Both the position numbers and the translations under genes were made by a program. A stretch of DNA of 32,000 bases, taken from the NCBI GenBank assembly GCA_030549845.1, contig JAUQQN010000001.1, positions 90,001-122,000 on the forward strand, written 5' to 3'. This document shows, one piece after another, positions 1-9,464 of this stretch. The notes below the pieces were generated by a model. The model had not been told where the DNA came from. It did not search any database and worked only from the letters and a program-made list of their open reading frames with translations. The number at the start of each line of letters is the position of its first letter. Position 1 is the first letter of the stretch. Origin of the DNA: Patescibacteria group bacterium. GTDB lineage: Bacteria > Patescibacteriota > Minisyncoccia > UBA6257 > HR35.

Positions 1-1074
1 TACAGCTACTTGAACAGGTGCAATTGCTGGCTTAAATCTTAAAACTGTTCTTTTTTCCAATTTTCCTTTTTCATTTGGCACTTCATCTTCATCATATGCA
101 TCACATAATAAAGCAAATAAAATTCTTTCAACTCCAGCTGATGGTTCTATCACATAAGGTATTAACTTTGTTTTTGTTTTTTCATCAAAATAAGTCAGGT
201 CTTCTTTGGAAAATTCCATATGTCTTTTTAAATCATAATCTGTTCTATTTGCTATTCCTTCGATTTCATCCTCTTTAAATGGAAATCTATAATAAATATC
301 AATAGCTTTTTTTGCATAATGAGCCAGTTCATCTTCTGATTGAATGTGTTTTACTAAATTTTCTTTTTTAATACCTAAAATATCAGTATACCATTTAAAT
401 CTCTTTTCTACCCAAAAATTAAACCATATTTCATCTTCTTCTGGTCTTACAAAAAATTCAATTTCCATTTGTTCAAATTCTCTTATTCTAAAAATAAAAT
501 TTTTAGGCGTGATTTCATTTCTGAATGATTTTCCAATCTGGGCTATTCCGAAAGGTAATTTTGCTCTCATTGAATTTAGTATATTTTTAAAATTTACAAA
601 AATTCCTTGAGCTGTCTCTGGTCTTAGATAGCTTTCTGAAGCCAATTCTTCTACTGGGCCAACAAATGTTTTAAACATTAAATTAAAATTCCTAGCCTCA
701 GTTAATTCACCTTTACATAAAGGGCACAAGGCTTTGTTATCTTTTATCTCAATTTCACCATATTCACCTTTTAACAAATGATCTTCCCTAAATCTTTTAT
801 GACAACTTTTACACTCAACTAATCTATCATAAAAATTTTCAATATGCCCTGAGGCTTCATATAATACTCTTGGTCCTATTATTGGAGTTTCTATTAAATA
901 AATATTAGGCATATTCAAGATATCTTTAAGCCAAAGCTCTTTTATTTTATTTTTTAGTAAAACCCCAAGAGGACCAAAATCATAAAATCCACCTACTCCC
1001 CCGTAAATTTCATAACTTTTAAAAACAAATCCCCTTCTTTCTGCTAAATTTATAATCTTTTCTAACTTCTCCAT
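1..1074 (-). CDS. glyQS: Glycine--tRNA ligase, dimeric class II type; N-terminal 358 codons, C-terminus lies beyond the window edge
   Basis: Hand translation from the ATG at 1074-1072 gives MEKLEKIINLAERRGFVFKSYEIYGGVGGFYDFGPLGVLLKNKIKELW...YLIETPIIGPRVLYEASGHI. This matches the conserved GlyRS N-terminus (EIYGG..G..D.GPLG, SGH). I hand-translated to about position 841; beyond that I infer the frame stays open from the absence of a closed minus-strand ORF in the track. Confidence 0.85.
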   Translation of the reverse strand, partial: MEKLEKIINLAERRGFVFKSYEIYGGVGGFYDFGPLGVLLKNKIKELWLKDILNMPNIYLIETPIIGPRVLYEASGHIENFYDRLVECKSCHKRFREDHLLKGEYGEIEIKDNKALCPLCKGELTEARNFNLMFKTFVGPVEELASESYLRPETAQGIFVNFKNILNSMRAKLPFGIAQIGKSFRNEITPKNFIFRIREFEQMEIEFFVRPEEDEIWFNFWVEKRFKWYTDILGIKKENLVKHIQSEDELAHYAKKAIDIYYRFPFKEDEIEGIANRTDYDLKRHMEFSKEDLTYFDEKTKTKLIPYVIEPSAGVERILFALLCDAYDEDEVPNEKGKLEKRTVLRFKPAIAPVQVAV

Positions 1075-1077
1075 TTT

Positions 1078-2940
1078 TTAATACTTAAATGGATAACCTA
1101 TATTAAATGGTTGTAACTCATTTGTTTTAATTTTGAATGATTCACCAGAAAATTTACCTTGCGCACTTATTTCTATAGGTGGAATAATTACTAAATTATT
1201 TATATTTCCTATCAATGGGGGAGTGACTTCAATCTGAAACATTATAGAATAAGGTTCATATATACTTCCATGTCCGACTGATATTTCATCAATTTGGTAA
1301 ACAAAATCTCCAGTTTCTGCATTATATTGTAACTTATTATAATTAAACTCTCCACCTACAACGCCTGTTAATTTTACTCCGATAGGTATTTTGGTTTTTA
1401 CAAGTATATTTTGAAAATCTTCACCATATGTATAAAATTTTAGATAAAAAGATAAGGTTGTAGGTTTTCCATTGACTAGAGGATATGGACCAGTATTTTT
1501 TACCTGTGGGTCATTATACAATAATTCTGTAACTACATTAATATCTCCTTTAATTTTCTTTGTAAGTTGAGTTTGGATTGAAAGTTTTTTGCTTAATATT
1601 TGAACTTCTGGCGGTATTGACTCAGTTTCTAATGTTGCTTTAATTTGTAATTCTAAATCTTTTTTACCTATAGGATATTCTTTTGTGGGAGCTATTGATA
1701 TTGTCACATAATCAGAAGAACCAGGGCTCACATTTGCTAAAGAGGGTTTATTTCTTGCATCCCATATTATGGAATTTTCATAAGGATCAAAGTATCCATC
1801 AGTTCTAAGGGTTTCATAATCAAAAGGGCCTTCAAAATTTACTTTTAATTTCACATTATTTAACGTAATAGAGCTTTTATTGGTCCAACGTATAACATAT
1901 GTAATAGGAAACCTTAAATCAACCACATTAGATTCTGGCCTGCTTTCTATCTCTAAAACAATTGGACTTTCTAAAATATTTATACCTACAGAGTATGTTT
2001 TAAGAGGCAAAATTCTATTTAAATAAATCAAATTTACATCAACATAAACAGCTGGGTTTGAAACATATTTAAGATATTTTCCTATCATACTTATCTCTAA
2101 AGAAGAATTTGGACTTATAGAATTAAAAGTCCATTCATATTTTCTTTCATAAGGTGGGGAGACAACATCTGCTTCATAGTTTCCCTGAAAGTTTACACTG
2201 ACTTTAAATCCTAAGTTTTTAGAAGTGTTATTTGATAATTTAATAGAAAAATTAAAAAACTCATTTACAAAAACTTTAGAAGGAGAATAAATTTGCAAAG
2301 ATAAAGGTTCTTTTTTTATGGAAACTATAAGCTCTTTTTCTGTTTTGTATTCTTGGTTTCTTTTGGGAGTATAATATATGTAAGCAACTTTTATTTTTTT
2401 GATTTCATTTAAATTACCTATAAAGAAAAATCTTGATCTTATTTCTCTTGAAGTTTTAGGATCTAAATCCCCTATATTTATTATCTTTTTCTCGGCCTCT
2501 ATATCATCAGCAAAAAATACGCCCTTTTCTAAATTTATCTCTAGCTTAGAATCTACTAATTGATAATTAGAATTGTTTTCTATTTTTATAGCATATTCAT
2601 ACTCATCTAGCGAATTTACCTCCTCTACCCCCAAAATATTTAAGTTAACCCCTCTTATATAAACTGCTCTATAATAAAATATATATATAAATGCTGAAAC
2701 ACTTATTAAAAATAATAGAAAGATTGCAACAAAAACTTTCTTTATATTTTTTTTAAATATTGTCAGAGATTCCACTTCAGATTCAAATTCTTCCCAAGGC
2801 TGCAATTTTTCTGGTTTCCTTTTCTGAATTCCCCAAATTTTTTTTATTTTACCTACTCTGCTTGAAGGCTTTATTCCATATAACTCCTCGCTTAACTTTT
2901 CCTCAAATCCTTCGTTATTTTTATTGAAATCTTCTTGCAT
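1078..2940 (-). CDS. Membrane-anchored surface protein: about 70-aa charged cytoplasmic N-terminus, one TM helix, then four to five beta-strand-rich repeat modules (CARDB/DUF11-like by pattern)
   Basis: 620-aa ORF with TM segment VFVAIFLLFLISVSAFIYIFYY. Roughly 100-aa modules recur with alternating hydrophobic patterns (e.g. FNFSIKLSNNTSKNLGFKVSVNF and ITYVIRWTNKSSITLNNVKLKVNF). Packed tightly between recO and glyQS. Confidence 0.6.
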   Translation of the reverse strand: MQEDFNKNNEGFEEKLSEELYGIKPSSRVGKIKKIWGIQKRKPEKLQPWEEFESEVESLTIFKKNIKKVFVAIFLLFLISVSAFIYIFYYRAVYIRGVNLNILGVEEVNSLDEYEYAIKIENNSNYQLVDSKLEINLEKGVFFADDIEAEKKIINIGDLDPKTSREIRSRFFFIGNLNEIKKIKVAYIYYTPKRNQEYKTEKELIVSIKKEPLSLQIYSPSKVFVNEFFNFSIKLSNNTSKNLGFKVSVNFQGNYEADVVSPPYERKYEWTFNSISPNSSLEISMIGKYLKYVSNPAVYVDVNLIYLNRILPLKTYSVGINILESPIVLEIESRPESNVVDLRFPITYVIRWTNKSSITLNNVKLKVNFEGPFDYETLRTDGYFDPYENSIIWDARNKPSLANVSPGSSDYVTISIAPTKEYPIGKKDLELQIKATLETESIPPEVQILSKKLSIQTQLTKKIKGDINVVTELLYNDPQVKNTGPYPLVNGKPTTLSFYLKFYTYGEDFQNILVKTKIPIGVKLTGVVGGEFNYNKLQYNAETGDFVYQIDEISVGHGSIYEPYSIMFQIEVTPPLIGNINNLVIIPPIEISAQGKFSGESFKIKTNELQPFNIGYPFKY

Positions 2941-2948
2941 ATTAAAAA

Positions 2949-3617
2949 TTATAAATAAATCTCTTTAAGGTGTCTCTTTATGATTTTCCTTAAAATTTCT
3001 CTCCAACTAAGGCTTTTGAAGTTTATAATTTCCTTTAATACAAAATTCCGAATATTTAAATAGTCTATTTTCCTTATTTTTTCATACCCTTCTTTTTTGC
3101 AGTTTTCGCAAAATAAAGAGGATTTATATAAAAAAACATCTTTAGCCTTTATTAAATCTTTATAACAATTTGTACATGTAAACAAATTTGGTTCCATGCC
3201 TAATTCTTTAAAAACTTGGAGCATATACCATTCTGGAAATATTCTTTTAAACTTTAAAACATATTTATCCAATTTAATAATAATCCCCCAAAAATTTTCT
3301 GAAATACTTAAAAAGTTAAAAAAGGTTAAAAATCTTAAAGCCCACAAGTAGATATATGGGTATAATTTAAAAACTTTGATCGGAATTTTATAAGGTAAAA
3401 AGGATAATAATTTAAATGTATTTTCCTCTCCTACTAAAAAGATTTTACCTACAGAACCGGGTTGAAGTGTTGTAAGAAGTTTGCTTTCTGGTCTATTTAT
3501 CCCTTCTGCTATAGTTTTTTTTATTCCATAGTTTTTTGTTAAAATATAAATTATTGCCGACTTTTCTTTTATATTCTTTTTGGTTAAAATAATAGAGTGA
3601 TCTTTTAAATACACCAT
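2949..3617 (-). CDS. recO: DNA repair protein RecO
   Basis: From Met52 of the listed ORF: MVYLKDHSIILTKKNIKEKSAIIYILTKNYGIKKTIAEGINRPESKL (OB-fold N-terminus typical of RecO), followed by the Cys4 motif CTNC...CENC. The longer listed start at 3770 would run antisense through ctpA. Confidence 0.7.
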   Translation of the reverse strand: MVYLKDHSIILTKKNIKEKSAIIYILTKNYGIKKTIAEGINRPESKLLTTLQPGSVGKIFLVGEENTFKLLSFLPYKIPIKVFKLYPYIYLWALRFLTFFNFLSISENFWGIIIKLDKYVLKFKRIFPEWYMLQVFKELGMEPNLFTCTNCYKDLIKAKDVFLYKSSLFCENCKKEGYEKIRKIDYLNIRNFVLKEIINFKSLSWREILRKIIKRHLKEIYL

Positions 3618-4899
3618 GGAGGTTTTTAATAAATTTAAAAATAAAAAAATTCTGACTACAGGGCTTCTTGCTATTTTAATTTTAACATTAAATTTTTTTA
3701 TTGCTTTTAAATTAGGGCAAAGCTCGGCAAGTAATCCTCCTACTATTTTTGAAAAGAACTCAGAATTCAAAGAGAAATATGCTGATTTATTTAATGAAGT
3801 ATGGATAAAAATAAAAAATCACTTTGTAGATCAAAGTAGGGTTAACCCTGATAAGGCAGCATTTGAAGCAATTAGAGGACTTGTAAAATCATTACAAGAT
3901 CCTTATTCAGATTTATATACACCAGAACAAACAAAAATACTTGAAGAAGACTTAAGGGGTTCTTTTTGTGGTGTTGGAATGGAAATAGGTATTAGAAATG
4001 GAATTTTGACTGTAATAGCTCCTTTGGAAGATACACCAGCATATAGAATAGGGATAAAAGCAGGAGATTTCATTTTAAAAATAAACAATGAAGACACATC
4101 CAATATGAGTTTGGAAGAAGCTGTTTCTAAAATAAGGGGTGAGTGCGGAAAAGAAGTGGTTCTTACTTTAATGAGGGAGGGTTGGGAGCAAGAAAGAGAA
4201 TTTGTAATAAAAAGAGAAGAAATTAAAGTGCCCGCTATAAAATCAGAATTTATAAAACCAAATATAGGGTATATTAAAATAGTAAGCTTTGGGCTAAACA
4301 CTATACCCGAATTTTTGAAGGCATATAATAGCTTAACAAAAAAGGGAGCTAATAGATTTATATTAGATTTAAGGAATAATCCTGGAGGTTATTTAGAGGT
4401 TGCTATAAGATTAAGTGAATATTTCTTACCAAGGGGAAAAATAATCTTAAAAGAAGTTTGGGGCAAAGAGCAGGAAGAAAGAATCATAAGATCTGAAGGG
4501 CCAGGTACTTTATCAAAATTAAAAATGGTAATTTTGGTAAATAAAGGTAGTGCTTCTGCCTCAGAAATTTTTGCTGGTGCTTTAAGAGAAAATTTAGGTG
4601 TTAAATTAATTGGAGAAAAAACTTTTGGTAAGGGCAGTGTTCAACAAATTTTTCATTTATCTCAAACAGATTTTCCTTCAATAGAAATTCAAATAACCAC
4701 AAGCACCTCAAAAAAGATCCTCAAAAGAGACACAAAAAATGTAGCCTTAAAATTAACTGTTGCTTACTGGCTTACACCTAAAGGTATAAAACTAGAAGGA
4801 AATGGTTTGGAACCAGATGTAAAGGTTGTTGATAAAAATCCTGAAGATAAAATTGACGAAGTTTTACAAAAAGCAATTTCTATGATAAAATTATTATAA
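3616..4899 (+). CDS. ctpA: S41 family C-terminal processing peptidase (Ctp/Prc-like) with N-terminal TM anchor and PDZ domain
   Basis: PDZ-like segment GVGMEIGIRNGILTVIAPLEDTPAYRIGIKAGDFILKINN; S41 motifs LDLRNNPGGYL and VNKGSASASEIFAGAL; TFGKGSVQ. Confidence 0.9.
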   Translation: MEVFNKFKNKKILTTGLLAILILTLNFFIAFKLGQSSASNPPTIFEKNSEFKEKYADLFNEVWIKIKNHFVDQSRVNPDKAAFEAIRGLVKSLQDPYSDLYTPEQTKILEEDLRGSFCGVGMEIGIRNGILTVIAPLEDTPAYRIGIKAGDFILKINNEDTSNMSLEEAVSKIRGECGKEVVLTLMREGWEQEREFVIKREEIKVPAIKSEFIKPNIGYIKIVSFGLNTIPEFLKAYNSLTKKGANRFILDLRNNPGGYLEVAIRLSEYFLPRGKIILKEVWGKEQEERIIRSEGPGTLSKLKMVILVNKGSASASEIFAGALRENLGVKLIGEKTFGKGSVQQIFHLSQTDFPSIEIQITTSTSKKILKRDTKNVALKLTVAYWLTPKGIKLEGNGLEPDVKVVDKNPEDKIDEVLQKAISMIKLL

Positions 4900-4915
4900 G
4901 AATACCAAATCCACC

Positions 4916-5392
4916 ATGGCTAAAAGAAAAAAGGATAAAAGAGTACCAGTTCTACTTTTAGAAGATATTGTAAGGGTTGGAAACAGGGGTGAAATTAAAA
5001 AATTAAAGATGGGGTATGCTTTATTTTTAGTAAGAAAAAATCAAGGTATTATTGTAAATCCTAAAAAAATTGATGAGCTTCCTATTTTAAGAAATTTAGC
5101 ACTGAAAAGATTAGAAGAAAAAACTAAGTTTGTTGAGGAAATAAAGACAAAAATAAATAATTTAGTTTTTCAAACATCTTTAAAAGTTGGTGAGCATGGC
5201 GAAGTTTATAATTCTATCACTAAAGAAAAAATCAAAAAGTTTTTAGAAGAAAATGGCATTGCTGTTGAAAAAAATGATATTTTATTAGACGAACCAATTA
5301 GAGAGAAAGGTGAGTATGAGGTAGAAATAAATGTAGGTTTAGGAGAAAAAGCAATTTTAAAAATTTTAGTAGAAGAAGAAAAAATCAAATAA
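4916..5392 (+). CDS. rplI: 50S ribosomal protein L9
   Basis: N-terminus VPVLLLEDIVRVGNRGEIKKLKMGYA and C-domain GEVYNSITKEKI...PIREKGEYEVEINV match the L9 pattern. Confidence 0.85.
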   Translation: MAKRKKDKRVPVLLLEDIVRVGNRGEIKKLKMGYALFLVRKNQGIIVNPKKIDELPILRNLALKRLEEKTKFVEEIKTKINNLVFQTSLKVGEHGEVYNSITKEKIKKFLEENGIAVEKNDILLDEPIREKGEYEVEINVGLGEKAILKILVEEEKIK

Positions 5393-5414
5393 AATAATTA
5401 AAAAATATAAAAAT

Positions 5415-8021
5415 ATGTTTTCATTTAACAGATTTACAATAAAAGCTCAAGAGGCTTTGCAAAAAGCTCAAGATTTAGCATTGAAATATCATCATTCGGA
5501 AATCAAAAGCCTTCATGTTCTCCATTCTTTAATTTCTCAAGAAGATACAATTATTTCCGATATCTTACATGAATTAAAGGTTGATAAAAGTTATCTTCTG
5601 CAAATAATAGAAGAAGAACTTAATAGGATCCCGAAGATTTTTTCTATTACAAATGTAACTCAATTATATTTAGCCCAAGAAACTTTTCAAATCCTAGATC
5701 AAGCAGCTTTGATTGCAAGAAGGTTAAATGATGAATTTATCTCTGTAGAACATATTTTTCTTGCTTTGACAGAAATTAGATCAGTTGCAAGGTATGTTCT
5801 TGAAAGATTTGGAGTTACAACAGAAAGGGTAAGTAAAGTTTTAAGTATTTTGAGAAAAGGACAAAAAATTACTGATGAAAGCCCTGAAACTAAATATAAA
5901 GTTTTAGAGAAATATAGTATTAATTTAACTGAGCTTGCAAGACAAAGAAAGTTAGACCCAATCATCGGAAGAGATAAAGAAATAAGAAGAATAATTGAAA
6001 TTTTATCAAGAAGAACAAAAAATAATCCCATATTAATAGGAGAACCCGGGGTTGGTAAAACTGCAATAGTGGAAGGTTTAGCTCAAAAAATAGTTGCAAA
6101 TGAAGTACCAGATTCAATTAAAGGCAAAGAAATAATATCTTTAGACTTAGGTGCATTAATAGCAGGTGCGAAATATAGAGGAGAATTCGAAGATAGATTA
6201 AAGTCAATTCTAAGAGAATTAAAAGCAAATCCTGGTAAATTTATAGTTTTCATAGATGAAGCTCATACTTTAGTAGGGGCAGGAGCAGCTGAAGGAGCTA
6301 TAGATGCTTCAAATCTTTTAAAACCTTCTTTAGCAAAAGGTGAAATTCAAGTAATAGGAGCTACCACTTTGCGAGATTATAAATTATATTTTGAAAAAGA
6401 TCCTGCGCTGGTGCGAAGATTTCAACCTGTTTTAGTAGAAGAACCTTCCCGAGAAGATGCTATAGCTATTTTAAGAGGGTTAAAAGAAAGATATGAAGTC
6501 CATCATGGAGTTAGGATAGCAGACAATGCGATAATAGCTGCAGTTGATCTTGCTATGAGGTATATTACAGATAGATTTTTACCAGATAAAGCAATTGATT
6601 TAATCGATGAAGCAGCAGCAAGCTTAAGATTAGAAGCAGAAAGTATGCCAACTGAATTGGAAGATATTAAAAAAGAAATTAGAAAAATTGAAATTGAAAA
6701 GGAAGCTTTAATGAAAGAAGAAAACTCTCAAGGGAAAATTAAAGTTTTAGAAAAGAAACTAAAGAAATTAAGGGAGGAAGAAGCTAAGCTAGAAGAACAG
6801 TGGATGAAAGAAAAAGAACTTAAAGAAAAATATACATTTTTGAAGAAAAAATTGGAGGAGCTTCAAAAAGAAATGGACGAAAAGGAAAAAATCGGAGACC
6901 TTTCTCGAGTAGCTGAAATATTATATGGAGAAATCCCCTCTATCAAAAAAGAACTTAGTGAGATCGAGAATTATTTCAAAAAACATAGATTAAAGTATAT
7001 AAAAGAAGAGGTGACAGAGGAAAAAATAGCAGAAGTTGTTGCAAGATGGACAGGTATTCCTGTTGCAAAAATTTTAGAAGATGAAGCACAAAAATTACTA
7101 AAAGCAGAAGAGATTTTGAAGAAAAGGGTTATTGGGCAAGATGAGGCAATATCAGCAGTAGCAAATGCGTTAAGAAGAGCAAGGGCAGGTCTTTCTGATC
7201 CTAAAAAACCAATAGCTTCATTTATGTTTTTAGGTCCTACTGGTGTAGGTAAAACAGAAACTGCAAGAGCATTGGCTGAATTTATGTTTAATGATGAAAA
7301 AGCAATGATAAGATTAGACATGTCAGAATTTATGGAACCACATTCGGTTGCTAAATTAATTGGTTCTCCCCCAGGTTATGTAGGATATGAAGAGGGTGGT
7401 CAATTGACAGAAGCCATAAGAAGAAGGCCTTATAGTTTAATTTTGTTTGATGAAATAGAAAAAGCACATCCAGAAGTATTTAATATCTTGCTTCAAATTT
7501 TAGATGATGGAAGGTTAACAGATAGTAGAGGTTTTACTGTTAACTTTAGAAACACCATAATAATATTAACTTCTAATATCGGTAGTCATTACTTTAGAAA
7601 ATTAGGTTCAATAGGATTTACAAGGGAAGAACAAAAAGAATTTGAGGATTATAAAGATAGAACGATAAAAGCCTTGAAGGATTTCTTTAGGCCAGAATTT
7701 TTAAATAGATTAGATGAAATTATTATATTTAGACCATTAACTAAAGAAGATCTAAAACAAATTGTTGAAATTCAATTAAATAAAGTAAAAGATATGTTGA
7801 TCAATAAAGGAATAAATGTTACCTTTGATGAGAAAGTAAAAGAATTATTAATTGAAAAAGGGTTTGATCCAGAATATGGTGCTAGACCTCTACAGAGAGT
7901 AATTCAAAAACTTATTCTCGATAAATTAGCCCAACAGATAATAGCAGAAAAGATTAAACAAGGACAAAAGCTAACTTTAAAATTAAATGATAAAAACGAG
8001 ATTGAAATTATTCACAAATGA
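5415..8021 (+). CDS. clpB: ATP-dependent chaperone ClpB
   Basis: 868 aa. Clp N-domain, two Walker A motifs ([16 protein letters not shown]), a long Lys/Glu-rich coiled-coil middle domain, and the GARPLQR sensor motif. Confidence 0.95.
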   Translation: MFSFNRFTIKAQEALQKAQDLALKYHHSEIKSLHVLHSLISQEDTIISDILHELKVDKSYLLQIIEEELNRIPKIFSITNVTQLYLAQETFQILDQAALIARRLNDEFISVEHIFLALTEIRSVARYVLERFGVTTERVSKVLSILRKGQKITDESPETKYKVLEKYSINLTELARQRKLDPIIGRDKEIRRIIEILSRRTKNNPILIGEPGVGKTAIVEGLAQKIVANEVPDSIKGKEIISLDLGALIAGAKYRGEFEDRLKSILRELKANPGKFIVFIDEAHTLVGAGAAEGAIDASNLLKPSLAKGEIQVIGATTLRDYKLYFEKDPALVRRFQPVLVEEPSREDAIAILRGLKERYEVHHGVRIADNAIIAAVDLAMRYITDRFLPDKAIDLIDEAAASLRLEAESMPTELEDIKKEIRKIEIEKEALMKEENSQGKIKVLEKKLKKLREEEAKLEEQWMKEKELKEKYTFLKKKLEELQKEMDEKEKIGDLSRVAEILYGEIPSIKKELSEIENYFKKHRLKYIKEEVTEEKIAEVVARWTGIPVAKILEDEAQKLLKAEEILKKRVIGQDEAISAVANALRRARAGLSDPKKPIASFMFLGPTGVGKTETARALAEFMFNDEKAMIRLDMSEFMEPHSVAKLIGSPPGYVGYEEGGQLTEAIRRRPYSLILFDEIEKAHPEVFNILLQILDDGRLTDSRGFTVNFRNTIIILTSNIGSHYFRKLGSIGFTREEQKEFEDYKDRTIKALKDFFRPEFLNRLDEIIIFRPLTKEDLKQIVEIQLNKVKDMLINKGINVTFDEKVKELLIEKGFDPEYGARPLQRVIQKLILDKLAQQIIAEKIKQGQKLTLKLNDKNEIEIIHK

Positions 8022-8200
8022 AAGAGAAAATTATAAATTATATTAAAAGTTCGGTAACGGAGTTTAAGAAAGTAAAGTGGTTAACAGCAAAAGAAACTTT
8101 AAATTTCACTTTGCATGTAATTTTGTTTACTATACTATTTTCGGTATTTTATGGTATCTTAGATTTTCTATTTTCAAGGTTAATAATTTTTCTCAAGTAG
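8018..8200 (+). CDS. secE: Preprotein translocase subunit SecE
   Basis: 60 aa. EFKKVKWLTAKETLNFTLHVILFTILFSVFYGILD matches the SecE signature (E.KKV.WP...E followed by a single TM). Its ATG overlaps the clpB TGA (ATGA). Confidence 0.75.
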   Translation: MKEKIINYIKSSVTEFKKVKWLTAKETLNFTLHVILFTILFSVFYGILDFLFSRLIIFLK

Positions 8201-9464
8201 AATTTTGAATTATTTGGGGTTTATTAAAAGATTTTTCTACTAAGCCTAAAGATAAAGCAAAATTTAAAGCTTGAGAAAGAAGGGTAGAAATGGCTGCTCC
8301 TGTTATCCCTAAATTTTGTATTAAAATTATGTTCAATATTATATTTAAAACAGCACAGATTGCTGTTAGATAAAAATTAAGCCATTGTTTATTTAAAATA
8401 AATAAAAGGTTGTCTAATAAAATTAAAGAAAATAGAAAAATTAAATTCCAGGACAAAATTTTAAATACAATTATAGAATTTTTATACTCTTCCCCCAAAA
8501 TCCATAAGAACCAATAATCAACTGTAAAATATAAAAATAGTGCCAATAAAAAAGATGAGAAAATAAAACTAAAAAGTACTTTCCTATAAATTATTTTTAA
8601 TCTTCCATAATCAGTCGAGATTTTACTTAAAAATGGAAAAAGTGCTGTTACTGCCAAAGAAGGAATTAATGTTAAATTAAGCATAATTTTAGTAACTATT
8701 GAATAATAACCAAGCTCTTTCATTCCTCTTAAATAACCTAAAATAAGATGATCTGAATTAAAAAATATAAAACCTAAAAAGCCTAAAAACAAAATAGGTG
8801 TTCCTTCTTTTATGTATCTTAAAAATCTATTGAATAAAAAAATAAATTTTAAATTTACCCATCTTTTGTAAACATTCAAAAAACTATAGAAAAAACCAAA
8901 TGTAGCACCCATAAGATAGGCAAGCGCTAGATATAAAACATCTCTTGTTAAAAATACAAATAATATTCCAAAAACTACTGTTGTTAAATTTTCTATTAAT
9001 AAAGATATGCTTTCTATTTTCATTTTTTGAATAGCCCTAAAGTAAATATTTATTAAATCTTTCATGGAATTTAGCAAAAAAGCAAACAGTATTATGGAAT
9101 AAATTGCTTTTGCAGGAGCTTCTTTTAAAATAAAGTAACCAAAAACAGTAAGGAGACTTATAAAAATTATTAATACTATCTTAATAGAGATAATTTCTTC
9201 TAATAATTTTTCTTTGTTTTGTAATATTTGGAAGTTTTTTATAAAAATATTAGAAAGTCCCCAATCAGAAAACATGAAAAAGAAACCAATTATTGAAAAC
9301 ACATATGTAAAGTTACCATATAAATAAGGTCCTAAAATTTTTGCAACAATTAAAATCAAAATTAGTTTTGAAATTTTATTTACAAAAGTAGCAAAGTATA
9401 ACCATAAAGCATTTTTTATAACTACCCATTTAGGGGACAAATTTACATCTTCATATTCGATCAT
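8193..9464 (-). CDS. Polysaccharide/lipid-linked oligosaccharide flippase, MOP superfamily (Wzx/MurJ-like)
   Basis: 423 aa, about 12 predicted TM helices. N-terminus ALWLYFATFVNKISKLILILIVAKILGPYLYGNF is typical of the Polysacc_synt family. ATGA overlap with the truB stop. Confidence 0.7.
   Translation of the reverse strand: MIEYEDVNLSPKWVVIKNALWLYFATFVNKISKLILILIVAKILGPYLYGNFTYVFSIIGFFFMFSDWGLSNIFIKNFQILQNKEKLLEEIISIKIVLIIFISLLTVFGYFILKEAPAKAIYSIILFAFLLNSMKDLINIYFRAIQKMKIESISLLIENLTTVVFGILFVFLTRDVLYLALAYLMGATFGFFYSFLNVYKRWVNLKFIFLFNRFLRYIKEGTPILFLGFLGFIFFNSDHLILGYLRGMKELGYYSIVTKIMLNLTLIPSLAVTALFPFLSKISTDYGRLKIIYRKVLFSFIFSSFLLALFLYFTVDYWFLWILGEEYKNSIIVFKILSWNLIFLFSLILLDNLLFILNKQWLNFYLTAICAVLNIILNIILIQNLGITGAAISTLLSQALNFALSLGLVEKSFNKPQIIQNST

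Noticed and set aside
75-610. Plus-strand ORFs at 75-278 and 344-610. Many other 60-130-aa ORFs are antisense to clpB, ctpA, secY, ribosomal protein genes and aspS.
   Set aside because: These are low-complexity Phe/Leu/Ile/Ser-rich shadow frames opposite strongly supported genes in AT-rich DNA. None has an independent signal.
2949-3770. Long form of the recO ORF (273 aa). Similar N-terminal extensions exist for truB (to 10510), rpsZ (to 17708), the ATP-cone gene (TTG at 13172) and comEC (TTG at 28074).
   Set aside because: The extensions run antisense or overlap well-supported neighbouring genes and add non-homologous residues. Internal Met starts reproduce the canonical N-termini.
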